This document shows, in pieces, positions 46,219-58,588 of a stretch of 64,000 nt of DNA. The notes beneath the pieces were generated by a model. That model saw nothing but the letters and a program-made list of their open reading frames with translations, had not been told where the DNA came from and ran no database searches. Position numbers and translations under genes: made by a program. Location: NCBI GenBank assembly GCA_048013815.1, contig CM106586.1, positions 12,152,001 through 12,216,000 of the forward strand, in the 5' to 3' direction. Within the stretch, counting starts at the first letter, position 1. Each line of letters opens with the position of its first letter. Source of the stretch: Setoptus koraiensis. Taxonomy: Eukaryota; Animalia; Arthropoda.

Positions 46219-49200
46219 TTAGTCGCTCTTCTCCAATTTGTACACCTGACCAATATTTTTGCCTATTAATTTATCAAGCAATTTTCTGACAGCCATCTTC
46301 CTGTTCTTCTCAGATAACTTGAGGTTATCTTCATCGAAGCGTTTGAAAGTTTCACTGCTTATAGTGGTTATTTTCTCTAGATGTAAATGGAAATTGGCTA
46401 TCTTCTTGCTGAGATTTTCATACAAAATGTAGAATAGTTGTAATAGACCTGATAAATTTTGTTCATGCTCGCCAAACATTCCTAGGCTAGTTATGATATT
46501 ACCAAAGAGTAAGGCAGCTTCATCCATTGTCTTTATCAAATTGTCAGAGAGAATGTGCTTCAGTAGTTGCGTATTTACCACAATAGATTTTGTGTTCAAT
46601 GCAGAGTCAGACCAATTCAAGGTTGAGGCCATAACGATTATCACGAAATCAGGTCTCGCAGAGAGTAGATTCAATCCAAGAAGACTTATCTTCAAAGCAT
46701 CTTGCTGCTGTTGGTTGTTCCGCTGACCAGTCGTATCTCGGGAGCCTTCCGTCATCATGACAGAGTCATCGACAAGATCTCCACGGCTATTGGACGGACT
46801 CAATACATTAGTAGTTTCGGTATTTTTTTCTGAGGGGGAATTTTCCTCAAGAAGGATCATGTACATTAGATCGATGAAATCTCTGCTTAGGTTGCGAAGC
46901 AGTTGGTCTTGAACCATTTCATCAGCCAATACCTGACTCTTATCTGTCTTGCTATCCTCGACGGATGCACCTCCGTTTATCATGGAGTCAGCGGATACTT
47001 TCTTCCATTGCTCGTTCAACCTGTTGAACATAAAAGGAAGAAAGGTGCTCAATAAAGGCAATAGAGGCTGTTGGATCAGATTCTGATCACTACTACAACT
47101 AGTGACTAAAGGCATAACAAAATGTTTGGTCAACTTCCGGAGTTTGAGAGGTGGTAAGATCTCAGCACAGGCCAAAGCAGATTGCCATTGGACATTTATA
47201 TAGGTGAAGACCTCCGGTGAGGCCTTGCTTATTATTAGGCCAACAGTTGTCACCAAAGTCTCATAAAAATGCCAACTAAATAGTTCCAAGTATTGCTTCG
47301 TTGTTCTTCCTGAAAATTCACCGCCGATTTGATTGGACCTAGATGGGCTGATGTTGCTTGATAGATCTTGAATGGTAATGTGCACAGATGGCTTAGGGGA
47401 TACGAGAACGGTATCTAATATCTGTTGCTTATACGCATTGTTGATATTAGCAAATAGTACCGGCCTGTATTCCTCGCAGCACTTCGCCTGCATTTCAGGT
47501 AACCAAATAGTATTCATGGTAAATATGATATTTAACATTGGCTCTACAAATGCAAGTAGACCTGGTAAAAGCTCTTCTTTCGATTTAACTCGTTTGGTTA
47601 TGCCACTGATGAGTGTTATAACATAGTTCAACTTGACCCTATTAAGCCAGCTAATTCTCAAATGTTGAGGGGTAGGTATTGCCTGTGAGATCGCACCATC
47701 GTGAAGGTTGTTGACAATTCCTGTCTGGCTATTGATATCTTCAGGACGATCAAGTCCAACGAATTCTATAAATTGATCACAGTTAAGTTTATAGTCTTTA
47801 AACCACTTGATAGACTCGAATAACTCTAAAATAAACTTGGAACGCTCTTTAGGGTCAGATTCTTCGTTGCATAGTAACAACAATCCCTCGTATAATTGAC
47901 ACTTTTCCAATGAGAAAGGAATATCGTTGAAGGTAGCTGACAATGTATCTATATTAGATTTCAGGAATCCTGACATATTTAGAAGAACGGTTGAGTGATT
48001 CTGGCACACTCGCACAAATGCTGCCGCGGCATGCCTTGCCAGAGATCTATAGCCTTTAATGGTAGCTTCGTCCATTGATCTAGCGCTGATAATAGTATTC
48101 GCCTTATCAGGTCTATGAAAAGCCAACAAAAGGAGCTTGTTGAATATCTCTTGAGTTAGATCTAAGTTGGTTTGGTGCCAATGGGGTAGAAATATCATTA
48201 AGGCTGACAGACAGGATATTTGACTTGATAATAGGTCTGGGATACTACTCGCTTCTCCATTCGATCCATGTGAGACATCTGTTGCACGCGCTAATGTTTG
48301 TCCGATAAAGATGATCAATCTTCTCGTTAGTTGAGTTCCGTCTGGGGCGAATACTTCTGGTTTAGTGATCCTAGAACAAACAGCAGCTGCCAAAGAGGCC
48401 AGTGCTTCCCATTCACTGAGATTGGAATTTTGTTGCTGTAAACATTTTGCCAATGAAGTGCTAACTAACTCATAACAAATACGTTCATTTTGAACAGTTA
48501 AAGCTCTACAAAGATCAACAACATCTACTCGATATTTACTTTGGAAGTGATCGAAATCTTGTTGGCAATCGAAGTCAAAGCCATATACCTTGCTATCGTA
48601 ACTGACTCGGACCAACTTGTTAGCGCAATTGAGCAGTAGAGAAACAATTAGATCATCAGTGATATTGTAATTTGATTTTTTGGTATTGTTTGTCAGCACT
48701 CGAAGCCAGAAGTGTATCCCTTCTATACTAAATGTTATGGATGGAAGACTTGAAACTATTTTCATGGTGGCATAAAGTTCTTCTAGATTCCTTGCTTTAT
48801 TGGCTGGCACTGTTTGAATATATTTTATCAGAGTTGACAATACTCGGCATATCTTCTTTTGAAGTTCCAATGTCGTCTGGCTATAGTCGGTTAATGTGAA
48901 TGCATAGTTTAAAGTAGTTATCAAACATCTTAAATTATCATCGAATTCAAACAAACTTTGTACTGCATCTTTGCTGTCTACCTTGACATGTTTCCGATCA
49001 AGGCATACAATTAAACTGTCACAAGCAAGACTCTTGAGCGCTATAGTATCATTTGAGGCGTTTTGTTGTGGTTGATCAATGGATGTTGATAGTATTTGGC
49101 ACAAGAACCTCATAAGTTCGTGGTTAATAGGAGACCAGCTAATGAAACCAGTAAGGCATTGCATTGCAGTTGATATAAGATCATATTCGTGACTGTTAAT

Positions 49201-49824
49201 ACAATCACCAATATAGAGATAGACGTCATTAATGGCGGCTACCAATCCATTTGTTATCTCTCTACGTCTTGAAGTAACAGGAGGTTCATTGAAGACTCCA
49301 ATATCTTCAGCTAAACGCCACAAAATAAATAGAACACTCTTGCTTCGTTTGATGGATAATAATTTAACCAAAAGATCTGGCCAATCGTGTGGCCATTCTC
49401 GTTTGATCACTTCACAGAAGCACTTGCTGAGACCATCAAATATTGGACGTGGTGTTGTTTGATTATCAAAACGATAATCGTTAATATTATTATGTTCTAG
49501 ACTATTGACAGAACCATTATGATTTGTAGAATTGGAAATCAATAATGATTCCAAAAAGGTCTTTAATGCATCACGAGTAGATTTATCAATGTCGCGCCAA
49601 TGAAGTTTAACTCCTGATTCAATTAACTGTAAACCGAAATGGAGTATGGGAGTGTTAAATTGTTTTCCATTTATAATAAGATAGGATCCTGTTTCGAAAA
49701 TAAGTTTAAAATCTTTAGATGACTTGATTTGTTCCACAATAATGTTAGCCTGACGAAATTGTTCCGGAGACGATTGACCACTGAATATAACATTTATTGC
49801 ATCAACAATGGTTCCGGTATTCAT
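46219..49824 (-). CDS. XPO5: Exportin-5 (importin-beta family), intronless, 1201 aa
   Basis: N-terminal HFGLQLIE..VKLHW, EVIKREWPHDWPDLL, LWRLAEDI..F and C-terminal RKLLDKLIGKNIGQVYK follow the Xpo1/exportin-5 pattern; length fits. Confidence 0.85.
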   Translation of the reverse strand: MNTGTIVDAINVIFSGQSSPEQFRQANIIVEQIKSSKDFKLIFETGSYLIINGKQFNTPILHFGLQLIESGVKLHWRDIDKSTRDALKTFLESLLISNSTNHNGSVNSLEHNNINDYRFDNQTTPRPIFDGLSKCFCEVIKREWPHDWPDLLVKLLSIKRSKSVLFILWRLAEDIGVFNEPPVTSRRREITNGLVAAINDVYLYIGDCINSHEYDLISTAMQCLTGFISWSPINHELMRFLCQILSTSIDQPQQNASNDTIALKSLACDSLIVCLDRKHVKVDSKDAVQSLFEFDDNLRCLITTLNYAFTLTDYSQTTLELQKKICRVLSTLIKYIQTVPANKARNLEELYATMKIVSSLPSITFSIEGIHFWLRVLTNNTKKSNYNITDDLIVSLLLNCANKLVRVSYDSKVYGFDFDCQQDFDHFQSKYRVDVVDLCRALTVQNERICYELVSTSLAKCLQQQNSNLSEWEALASLAAAVCSRITKPEVFAPDGTQLTRRLIIFIGQTLARATDVSHGSNGEASSIPDLLSSQISCLSALMIFLPHWHQTNLDLTQEIFNKLLLLAFHRPDKANTIISARSMDEATIKGYRSLARHAAAAFVRVCQNHSTVLLNMSGFLKSNIDTLSATFNDIPFSLEKCQLYEGLLLLCNEESDPKERSKFILELFESIKWFKDYKLNCDQFIEFVGLDRPEDINSQTGIVNNLHDGAISQAIPTPQHLRISWLNRVKLNYVITLISGITKRVKSKEELLPGLLAFVEPMLNIIFTMNTIWLPEMQAKCCEEYRPVLFANINNAYKQQILDTVLVSPKPSVHITIQDLSSNISPSRSNQIGGEFSGRTTKQYLELFSWHFYETLVTTVGLIISKASPEVFTYINVQWQSALACAEILPPLKLRKLTKHFVMPLVTSCSSDQNLIQQPLLPLLSTFLPFMFNRLNEQWKKVSADSMINGGASVEDSKTDKSQVLADEMVQDQLLRNLSRDFIDLMYMILLEENSPSEKNTETTNVLSPSNSRGDLVDDSVMMTEGSRDTTGQRNNQQQQDALKISLLGLNLLSARPDFVIIVMASTLNWSDSALNTKSIVVNTQLLKHILSDNLIKTMDEAALLFGNIITSLGMFGEHEQNLSGLLQLFYILYENLSKKIANFHLHLEKITTISSETFKRFDEDNLKLSEKNRKMAVRKLLDKLIGKNIGQVYKLEKSD

Positions 49825-51423
49825 TTTTCTTGAGTAATTGTAATATTGGTAATAATGTAAATAATGCCTCGAGGAATAATAATAAGTCTATCATCAAATA
49901 TTATTTGAACAGTTGAAAAATAATATAGAAAAAGACATACATTTAGTCAAATAATTATAATAGTAAAGTAGTAATAATAATAGTATGATAATTAATTATA
50001 AAGACACTGGTTAATAATAAATGTATTTATTTATGACAATGTGTTAATGTTATTGTTGATTCAACAACCGGCAACACAACACACACCATCGAACCGCAAC
50101 TGTTTCACAAACACACGCATTTGCTTCAGAACAGCATCTCATGCTGTCGCTAACACAACATATCGGCGTTCAGCCCCCCCCCCCCAACACACACACACAT
50201 TCGCTAGTCTCTCGCCGTTTTCTCCTGCGATCGCCCAGTTTGTGCACAAAAATGCACAGCGTGTGCGGCTATTCCTGTGTGCGTGAAAGAATGACCGTAG
50301 TTTTCAATGGGGCATCATCATTTCTGTGCCGTTCAGCCCAAATGAGTCGTTCAGTGCTGTGTGAGGCTCTTCCAATGTGGCTACACCGGGTTTGTAAAAA
50401 AATCCAACAGGGTGGCGCTGCCGAGCTTTCTGCAGGCGGTCTATTATATGGAGTGTATAGTTGTTATCTGCAGGACGACGCTCGAACACAGTAACATGCG
50501 TTGCGTCAGCACGCGTCGAGAGGCTCTTACAAGTCATCTGCTTTGGAGCATCCAGAAGCATAGAAATATCCATCACAACAGTCTATATGGCTCGGCTATG
50601 CATATGTCGAGTGACGCCAGCGCCTCAGGCGGATATTTCTTGCAGACTGGTCTTGTTGGAAAAACCTCGCAGCACGCAGCACACACTCTCACACCGTGTT
50701 AGTTGAGAGCCCCGGAAAAGCAAATCCGAGTTGTTTATGGGGTGGGCGTGACCAATGCGGTGTGCACGGTCAGCAATCAGTGCGCTTGCGCAAATGCTTC
50801 AAAGCGACCTCTGGCGACTCAAGGGTGTTTCAACTGGCCCTGCATACTTGAAACACCCTTTAGACATTCGCGGTGCGCGTTGTTCCACTGCACTACACTA
50901 TAGCAAGCCAAGCATAGTGTAGGGTGTCCGTATCAAGTGAACAATTCGGCACTGATTATGCTACGCTGCCTTTGGCAGTGCAAGTTTTAAATGAATAGTG
51001 CATGCTATAGAGGCACAATTCATAAACGACTGACAAGCCCCTTAATCATGCTGCACTAATCGAGCGCACACTGCTCACTACACTCTGTACGCCGCATCGG
51101 TGGCACAATCGATACAACTTCACGCTCTGTGCTCGTGTGCAGCACAGCACACTAATGTGCCAGCATACTTGATTCAAGACAGCCTTTAGTTTCCGCTGTG
51201 GCGTGTCTGTCTGTCTGTCTGACTGTCTCTTTCTCTCGTGTGTGGCTGTGTCCTACTGAATCTAGTTTAATAGGTACATTACATTAACAACTATATATTA
51301 CTAGAGCACTTCTTAACCTTCTCTATCATAGACATTTTACCTCAAGTTGCATCCTCATCTCCATCATAGTATCCATATATATATAAAATAGTAGTATATT
51401 TAAAATAATTTTAGCCAGCAATC

Positions 51424-52332
51424 ATGGACATGACTAGCTTCGCCAAGGACTTTGCCGCTGGTGGTGTTGCTGCGGCCATCTCAAAGACAGCTGTGGCCCC
51501 CATTGAGAGAGTCAAATTATTATTGCAGGTACAACACAGCAGCAAACAAATTGCCGTTGACCAACGTTACAAGGGCATGGTTGATTGTTTTGTTCGTATC
51601 CCAAAGGAACAAGGATTTCTCAGCTTCTGGCGTGGTAACTTGGCCAATGTCATCAGATATTTCCCAACTCAAGCACTTAACTTTGCCTTCAAGGACAAAT
51701 ACAAACAAGTATTCTTAGGTGGCGTTGACAAGAAGACACAATTCTGGAGATATTTCGCAGGTAATTTAGCCAGTGGTGGTGCCGCTGGTGCTACATCTTT
51801 ATGCTTTGTCTATCCACTTGACTTTGCTCGTACACGTTTAGCGGCCGACATTGGTAAGAAAGGAGCAGAGCGAGAATTCAGTGGATTAGGAAATTGTTTA
51901 ACTAAAATATTCAAAAGCGATGGTCTTATGGGTCTCTACAGAGGTTTTAGTGTGTCAGTACAAGGTATTATTATCTACCGTGCTGCTTACTTTGGTTTCT
52001 TCGATACAGCCAAAGGAATGTTACCAGACCCGAAAAACACACCACTTGTTATTTCATGGCTAATTGCGCAAACTGTTACGACAGTATCCGGTATCATATC
52101 ATATCCTTTCGACACTGTAAGACGTCGTATGATGATGCAATCTGGTCGTGCTGCTAATGAACGCATGTACAAGAATACGCTAGACTGTTGGGTTAAGATA
52201 GGCAAAACAGAGGGATCTGGAGCCTTCTTCAGAGGAGCATTCAGTAACGTTCTACGTGGTACTGGTGGAGCCTTTGTCTTGGTACTATATGATGAACTTA
52301 AGGAGCTCATGTTTGGAGTAGTGGCAATATAA
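51424..52332 (+). CDS. ANT: Mitochondrial ADP/ATP translocase (SLC25A4/sesB family), intronless CDS, 302 aa
   Basis: [42 protein letters not shown] and the RRRMMM signature. Confidence 0.99.
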   Translation: MDMTSFAKDFAAGGVAAAISKTAVAPIERVKLLLQVQHSSKQIAVDQRYKGMVDCFVRIPKEQGFLSFWRGNLANVIRYFPTQALNFAFKDKYKQVFLGGVDKKTQFWRYFAGNLASGGAAGATSLCFVYPLDFARTRLAADIGKKGAEREFSGLGNCLTKIFKSDGLMGLYRGFSVSVQGIIIYRAAYFGFFDTAKGMLPDPKNTPLVISWLIAQTVTTVSGIISYPFDTVRRRMMMQSGRAANERMYKNTLDCWVKIGKTEGSGAFFRGAFSNVLRGTGGAFVLVLYDELKELMFGVVAI

Positions 52333-52465
52333 GAGACTTGCCGCGACAAGAAGGTCAATCAAGGTTATACAATTAAGTTCACCTTTACTATTTAAATAGT
52401 ACCTTAGTTAGATATCATTATGCTAGTGAACATAGAGACTCGAGAAGAACGGATTTTTTGATAGT

Positions 52466-52471
52466 AATAAA
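52466..52471 (+). promoter_or_regulatory. Candidate polyadenylation signal of ANT
   Basis: AATAAA about 134 nt after the stop; position only. Confidence 0.4.
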
Positions 52472-53347
52472 TCGACTTCGAAGTTCTCAACAACAATGAG
52501 TTTTCGTTCACAATATTTTTTCTATACAGCTGCCGAGACAACGCTCTTTGACCTCTAATGTCATTTTCGTTCAACTGCCAATGTAATCCGTGATGCCTCT
52601 AGCAGATAATTTTTCTGAATGACAGTAGAGCTAGTTCCACTTGAGCACAGATAGTACTTGAGCGCAGATTCCACAGGACATACAGGGCCATCTAGACGGC
52701 ACACAATATGCAGCTGACGACCTAATCTCAATCGGCACAACTAGAATTTTCTAGCTCTGTTTGCCTGTGTGCAGCGCAAAATGAGTTGTGTCAGTGAGAC
52801 CTGGCGTAGAACACTGTGCCTATGTGATTTGGGACCATGTGTGAATAACGTAACTGCTCGGTATTTGAAATCAAAAGGTTCTCCGAGGCATCGATAAATA
52901 TGATCATGTCAATATTTGACGATCCTAACGGATCAAAACTGATCAATACACTCCCAAAGCACATACAAAGATTTACGTAACCTGTCCATGTTAAAGACCG
53001 AGGCAAACAAATGTAGACTATCCTTCAAATAAAGAGAAAAACTGTCAACAGACCAAAGCAACGTATAACACATGATGACAAGATGACTATCACATGATTT
53101 TGCCATATTAGATTTGAATTTCGTCTCACATCATCACTAAAGAAATAGTTACATAAAATTAGAGGCCAGAACAACAATTGATGGAAGGCAGGAATTGTTT
53201 CAGTGTTGCCAAATTTACCATAGACCAGCGATCGATATTAGAAATAATAATAAATTTATGATCCCGACATTGGGATGTTTATTGGTTACTTATAGTCATA
53301 AGACAACGATAAATTGAATCTTCATTCCAATAGTTGACATCAAAAGA

Positions 53348-54418
53348 ATGACTCTTACAAATAGTAACTGGATAATATTGAGACATGTTTGCAAGCAAAA
53401 ATGTTGGACAAAATCAATGAAAAACTATTTAACTATTCCAGGTAGTAACTGTGACACAAATCTTAAGACGAGAGTTTATCAGAATATATTGTTTGGTAAA
53501 AGTGGCGCAATAGAAAGAAATAATCACCCACACACTAAAATTGTGTCCAAGATGCATTATAATATTGTTAGATACATTAGCCTATGTCAGAGGGATGGAC
53601 AAAATACAAAAAACAGTGATCGAGAGTCTAGCAACGATTGCAATCTTTACGACCAGGCCATCACTACGAACAATTTAGCTGAGACAATAAAACGATTAAA
53701 CCACTTAAACTTGTTTGATCTAATGGACAATCAAAATATCCATTCAAATAAACAATCTAGTGACAGAACTTCAACAAACAAAACAGGAATCAAGAGCGAC
53801 TCAAAAATTGCATCGGTGCTGATTCCATTTTGCAGAAATAATCATAACGAAGTGTCAATCCTGTTCACCCTCAGAGCTTCCCGTCTGAACAAACATGGGG
53901 GAGAGATCAGCTTTCCCGGAGGTCAGCAGGATCCCGAAGACAATGGTGATTGCTTGATTACAGCAAGAAGAGAAACTAGAGAGGAATTGAACATCAATGA
54001 TGAAGATCTGGTGATAATAGGTCAACTTAATCCGGTTCCGTCTCGTTATGGAACTGTCATCGTGCCAGTACTTGGACAGCTCAATATAGATCTTTCAAAA
54101 TCAAGTGACACAACCAACAAAAATGTTCTCCCCCTTGTAGAGTATAATCCACACCTTGACTATTCAGATTGTTTCAATGCAAATAGTGATGAGGTAGATA
54201 AAGTATATGTAGTGCCATTGCGCCTATTATATGAATCCAGAAATTGGCATTCGACACGATGGAAAAACTTCGGCATACCAACACCATTATTTTGGTTACG
54301 ATACCCTATCAACAAATCACATGAATTGCCTCGAATATGGGGAGTAACAGGTGCAATCTTATATATCTGTCTCAGTGGACTTATTCCTTCCAAGTTCAGC
54401 AGTATGAATATCTATTAG
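53348..54418 (+). CDS. NUDT8: Nudix hydrolase of the CoA pyrophosphatase family (NUDT8-like), 356 aa
   Basis: SVLIP...ILFTLRASRLNKHGGEISFPGG..DPED....TARRETREEL (NuCoA motif plus Nudix box) and C-terminal RIWGVTGAIL. Confidence 0.85.
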   Translation: MTLTNSNWIILRHVCKQKCWTKSMKNYLTIPGSNCDTNLKTRVYQNILFGKSGAIERNNHPHTKIVSKMHYNIVRYISLCQRDGQNTKNSDRESSNDCNLYDQAITTNNLAETIKRLNHLNLFDLMDNQNIHSNKQSSDRTSTNKTGIKSDSKIASVLIPFCRNNHNEVSILFTLRASRLNKHGGEISFPGGQQDPEDNGDCLITARRETREELNINDEDLVIIGQLNPVPSRYGTVIVPVLGQLNIDLSKSSDTTNKNVLPLVEYNPHLDYSDCFNANSDEVDKVYVVPLRLLYESRNWHSTRWKNFGIPTPLFWLRYPINKSHELPRIWGVTGAILYICLSGLIPSKFSSMNIY

Positions 54419-55232
54419 GTAAACAAAAAGCATTTAGGAAAATTAATATTTTGTTAATACAAAGATTGTGTGGTAATGTTTATCAATAGAATAGACAAAG
54501 TAATTACGTCAAATTGGAATGTCTGCATGAAAAAGTGAATAAAATCTCCAGACAAACAGAAATAGCTGTGGTAGTATCAACTGTGTGATTAGTTTCGTCA
54601 AATTTGATACATTATCCCTGATATAACAATACAAACTTATTCCCTATTGTCATGAGTATTCTAGCTTCGATTCAAGCTGACTAGACTGCTGCCAGAAAGT
54701 TGTTCGATAAATTTATATTTTCCTAGAATATACATAAGACAGGTAAACAAATTAGCGCCTTTGTGATTGTGAATATCGCCAGCATATCGCCATAAAGACT
54801 TGAGAGGGAAAGAGAAAGAATGATTTCATATTGAAATAATTGATGCTTATCTAGATTCACCTAACAGGTACGTTGGTACCACATAAAATTTATCTATTTC
54901 TTCACTATTTGCATTGAAACAATCGGAATAGTCTAGGTGTGAATTATACACTATATTGAGTTGTCCAAGCACTGGTACAATGAAAGTTTCATAACCACAA
55001 TGGCTTGAGTATGGGTCTAGTCAAAGAACCCGTAAGCTTAGATTTGCCACTACCCTTAGAACTGGAACTGATTGTGTTACCAATGATGTTGGCCGATCCA
55101 TCGCCAAACAGAAGAGATCCTCAGAATGGTGTCGTTTTATGTACAGACTCCGACCAGAAATCCTCTGGTATTACAACAAATAAACATAAATGACTTTTAT
55201 TTAGGAGCTTGATTTCCCCGATATCACTTTTG

Positions 55233-55577
55233 TTACAGGTTCTCCCAGTTGTCAACTCTTGTAGGAGTAATAGCTCCAGCTACGGCTTCGGTCGACATTT
55301 TGTTTCTATCTTCGTGTCAGGCTATCGCATGGAAATGTTACATGAGTAAAGATAATGTGTCAAGATTGGCTGGAGATAAACTCGCTGGTGATGATTAAAA
55401 ATGCCTCTCGATCGAATGTTCCTTCACATTCAACAGCGGAAACAACATCTTGGTGAGCAGTTGACCATAAAGACTCATGAGGAGTCTCTTTACTAGACCG
55501 AATAGAACGTGAACATCTACTTTGGATTGATCAGGGATTCCAGTTTTCGATTCTAACATCTGTTGTAGTTTTTCAAT
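55233..55577 (-). pseudogene. RhoGAP domain pseudogene fragment with three in-frame stops
   Basis: One frame reads IEKLQQMLES...DVHVLFGLVKRLLMSLYGQLLT...HF*SSPASLSPANLDTLSLLM*HFHAIA*HEDRNKMSTEAVAGAITPT. This matches RhoGAP consensus blocks DVH.V..LLK...R.L...LL and LP..N..TL..L..HL..V......NKM....LA....P. Confidence 0.72.
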
Positions 55578-57601
55578 TTAATTCATTGTTCATTCGAGTC
55601 GCATCTGGCTGACAACATCGTGTATATTCTATCTAATATTGGTTGTCTTCCGTCGAGAAGACCTGGGTTTAGAATGAGATTCGCCATCCGGACAGCAATT
55701 ATCTTCGGTTTCCGGCAGTGCTTCGAAAAGGCCAAGAAGGCCAGAGGATATCTTCTGGAGTCGCCCTGCCACATGAATGTTTCGATTCTGGATCGAACTC
55801 CGGATCATCTTTCAAAACCGGTTCGGATAACTGGTTTGACATATTTCTTATCATTCAATTCTTGTAAAGTACAAACGGTGTATAAACTGGTCAAATCAGA
55901 CCACTTAATGTCATACATACAACAAATTACGATATTGATCTAAGTGCACTTTCTTCAAGTATCAAGTCAAATTAAACATATCTGATGAGGCCTGCTCAGT
56001 GCTCGACGGCCTGTTTCGCGCTTCGCAGATCGAGACCGCCACACAACTTGCTTTACGTTCTCTTTCCCTGTGTGCATTTTGCACGTAGAGTGAATGGGGC
56101 CCAATTGGGAACTTTTTTCGCTGATCATCTCATCTGACTAGCCTTTCACACAACTGCACAGGAAGCACTGCTTACGTTGCTAGTTATTGCATCAACAAAA
56201 CATCAGAACTATAAACAACAATACAAGTATCGGGCAAAAATTTATGAGCGCACAGGCTCAAGAAATCAAACATGAAATGAGGAGAGGCCAAATGATGATA
56301 TTCTCTGCACACTGGTACCTACATTTCTTAATACAGCAAGCAATACGGAACATTCCTAAAATCATCAATTCCCTCTATGATGGTTGATCATTCAAAGCAG
56401 CAAAACGTCACAATTTCACTCCAGTGCTCACTAATATTCGGCAATAGTTATGCTATGACAAGCAACTATAACTGACATTTATTACAACCATCATTCGAAC
56501 ACTAAGAATATACCCCAAATAATCTGATGCAATAATGAAGGTAAGTGAAGTTGATTCTGGCGACAAAAAACAAACAAACAAACATGCTTTTACATTCACA
56601 CACGCACACACATGTGACGTGACCTCAATTGTCAGTCTCACCAATGTATGATATTGGATTGAGACAACCAAATATCAAAACAAATTGATTGCGAATGTCT
56701 ACTATTTAGCAAAGCGAGTTATGATAGTTAAGAATCCATGATACCTCGTGCTCACAGTGAGTTTTATCGTGATAGATTGCTGTGAGGCACTAGCTGTTTG
56801 CACTTTCCATGTGGCAAACAAAGCAGTAACAACTGAACGGGTAATCTGTTTAACAAGAGTATGCAAATGAATTAGATTTTCCCTAAAAACTCAATACTCA
56901 CAACAAAAGCCACCATTGTCCAACGTCAGCACTGAGATGATCGGCTTGAATTTTACTCTTATGAGCGATGAAATCCTTATCTTCCTGTGCAAAGTCTGAA
57001 TTCAGTGTTGCCGTGCTCGTATCTAGCTTAGAGTATCTTGCGAGTTTTGAAGACAAATATTCGTTTGAGTGTGAAGTGGAACCAACACATTTGAGCTCCT
57101 TGTTTCCATTAGCAAATACTTTCATAGTATTAATAATGGCATATTGGTTGCCGGTTAGAGCTTCTTCTTTTGGGTGCTCATACCATTTCCTATCATTCAA
57201 TTCTTGTAATCTACTACCGCGTATAAAACTGGTCAAACCAACAGTCAAATAGATAGCATCTGAAATAGCCCGAAATTGGTGCTTACACATTGAATATCTG
57301 CTGATTCAGTCAGACCCGCGACAATGATTCGGTTGATGAGCAACGAGTGTATCCAGATTTTTGAAAGTGGCCCAACAAAGTTCCGAATATGAATGGTTAG
57401 CGTTTATACCCAACACTCGCTTACTGTAACAGCCATTCGATGATGATTATCCGTGTAGCGAAAAGCCTGAAACAATTCTTCATTGTTCCTCATACTATCA
57501 GCTACAGTTTTGTACCGTTTTATCGCGGTAACCGCAGTAGAATGAGTTGCCAGTAAATATTTTTCATTCCACGCCCCGTTAGATAAACTCGTTCCACGCT
57601 G

Positions 57602-58588
57602 ATGTCTTCGTTGACCCCAGGACTAATGCGTGACTATATTCATTCGTTTCAAAATTCTCATTTGTGTATCAATTCACAACAAAACAGCAGTAGTAGCCAG
57701 GCCAGTAGATTGTCCCACGAAGAGGAGATGAATTTTCTGAAAAAGAAATTAACCGGATTGACATCTTCAAGCAACAACAGCAAAAAGCGCACGAATGAGG
57801 AGCCAGAAGATCCCTACGACGATTATATTGTTGAGGCACCGCCGCATCCATCTGAATTGTTAGCTGTTGGTTTAGATCCAAACACAATCGATACAAGCGA
57901 TCCAGAGAAATTAAAGGAGATCTATAGAGAGGCCAAAGCTAAGGGCTTAGATAAAAAGGTCAATAGTGTCTTATTAGCTAAACAAAAACAATTGCTCGAT
58001 ATAGAAGAGAAGAAAAAAGACAAAGAAGAGTGGAAGTTTTTTGAATCGTTGACAGCTCGTGTTGAGGCCACAGTGAAACAATCTCAGCAAGCGCTAGAAC
58101 AAATTAAAACAACTAGCGCCGTTGATAGTATCAACGAGCCCGAATTTGAGCTGCGTCTAACAGCCGAAGACGTTTTCAAGGGATCGGCTCCAGTGGTGCC
58201 ATCACAATCAGAAAGCGCCAACGATCAGGGCTGGGTGGCCTTCGAGGAGGACACAATTGAGCAACAGACCACGATAAAAGACGATCAAAACACATCAACA
58301 ACAATTGACACCGGCGAGCCAGCACAGCAAGAGCTCGATAACAACTACAATATTGTTGAAGAATTGCTAGAAGATTTCGGCCTAGACCTGAGACCTAACA
58401 CCCCCCGGTTGAATAATAATATTAATAATAACGACAACAACCAGCCGCAGCGGCAACAGCAATCGACAGTTAGTGGCTCAAAACAACTCGACGACCAGCA
58501 GCAACAAATAGCTGGCAGTGGCGAGCCCAACAAAATTGAAATAGATCCATTCGACACTTCTTACGTGACACAATTTATTAAGAGTTGA
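57602..58588 (+). CDS. stnA: Stoned A-like protein, first cistron; 328 aa, or 286 aa if the start is ATG 57728
   Basis: Lys-rich MNFLKKK start region, KEEWKFFESLTARVEATVKQSQ..LEQIK block typical of Stoned A, WVAF and DPFDTS AP-2-binding motifs; lies directly upstream of stoned B. Confidence 0.8.
   Translation: MSSLTPGLMRDYIHSFQNSHLCINSQQNSSSSQASRLSHEEEMNFLKKKLTGLTSSSNNSKKRTNEEPEDPYDDYIVEAPPHPSELLAVGLDPNTIDTSDPEKLKEIYREAKAKGLDKKVNSVLLAKQKQLLDIEEKKKDKEEWKFFESLTARVEATVKQSQQALEQIKTTSAVDSINEPEFELRLTAEDVFKGSAPVVPSQSESANDQGWVAFEEDTIEQQTTIKDDQNTSTTIDTGEPAQQELDNNYNIVEELLEDFGLDLRPNTPRLNNNINNNDNNQPQRQQQSTVSGSKQLDDQQQQIAGSGEPNKIEIDPFDTSYVTQFIKS

Noticed and set aside
45859-46219. tRNA gene adjacent to exportin-5, a tRNA/pre-miRNA exporter
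   Set aside because: A single adjacency in a gene-dense region; no evidence of functional linkage.
50040-51300. Possible structured ncRNA in the XPO5-ANT divergent spacer
   Set aside because: No snRNA, RNase P/MRP or SRP consensus recognised; more likely promoter and 5' UTR intron. An Infernal search would settle it.
52560-52735. Minus-strand peptide VCPVESALKYYL resembling a recombinase CPV.AL..YL block
   Set aside because: Under 60 codons and no other catalytic motifs; too weak to call.
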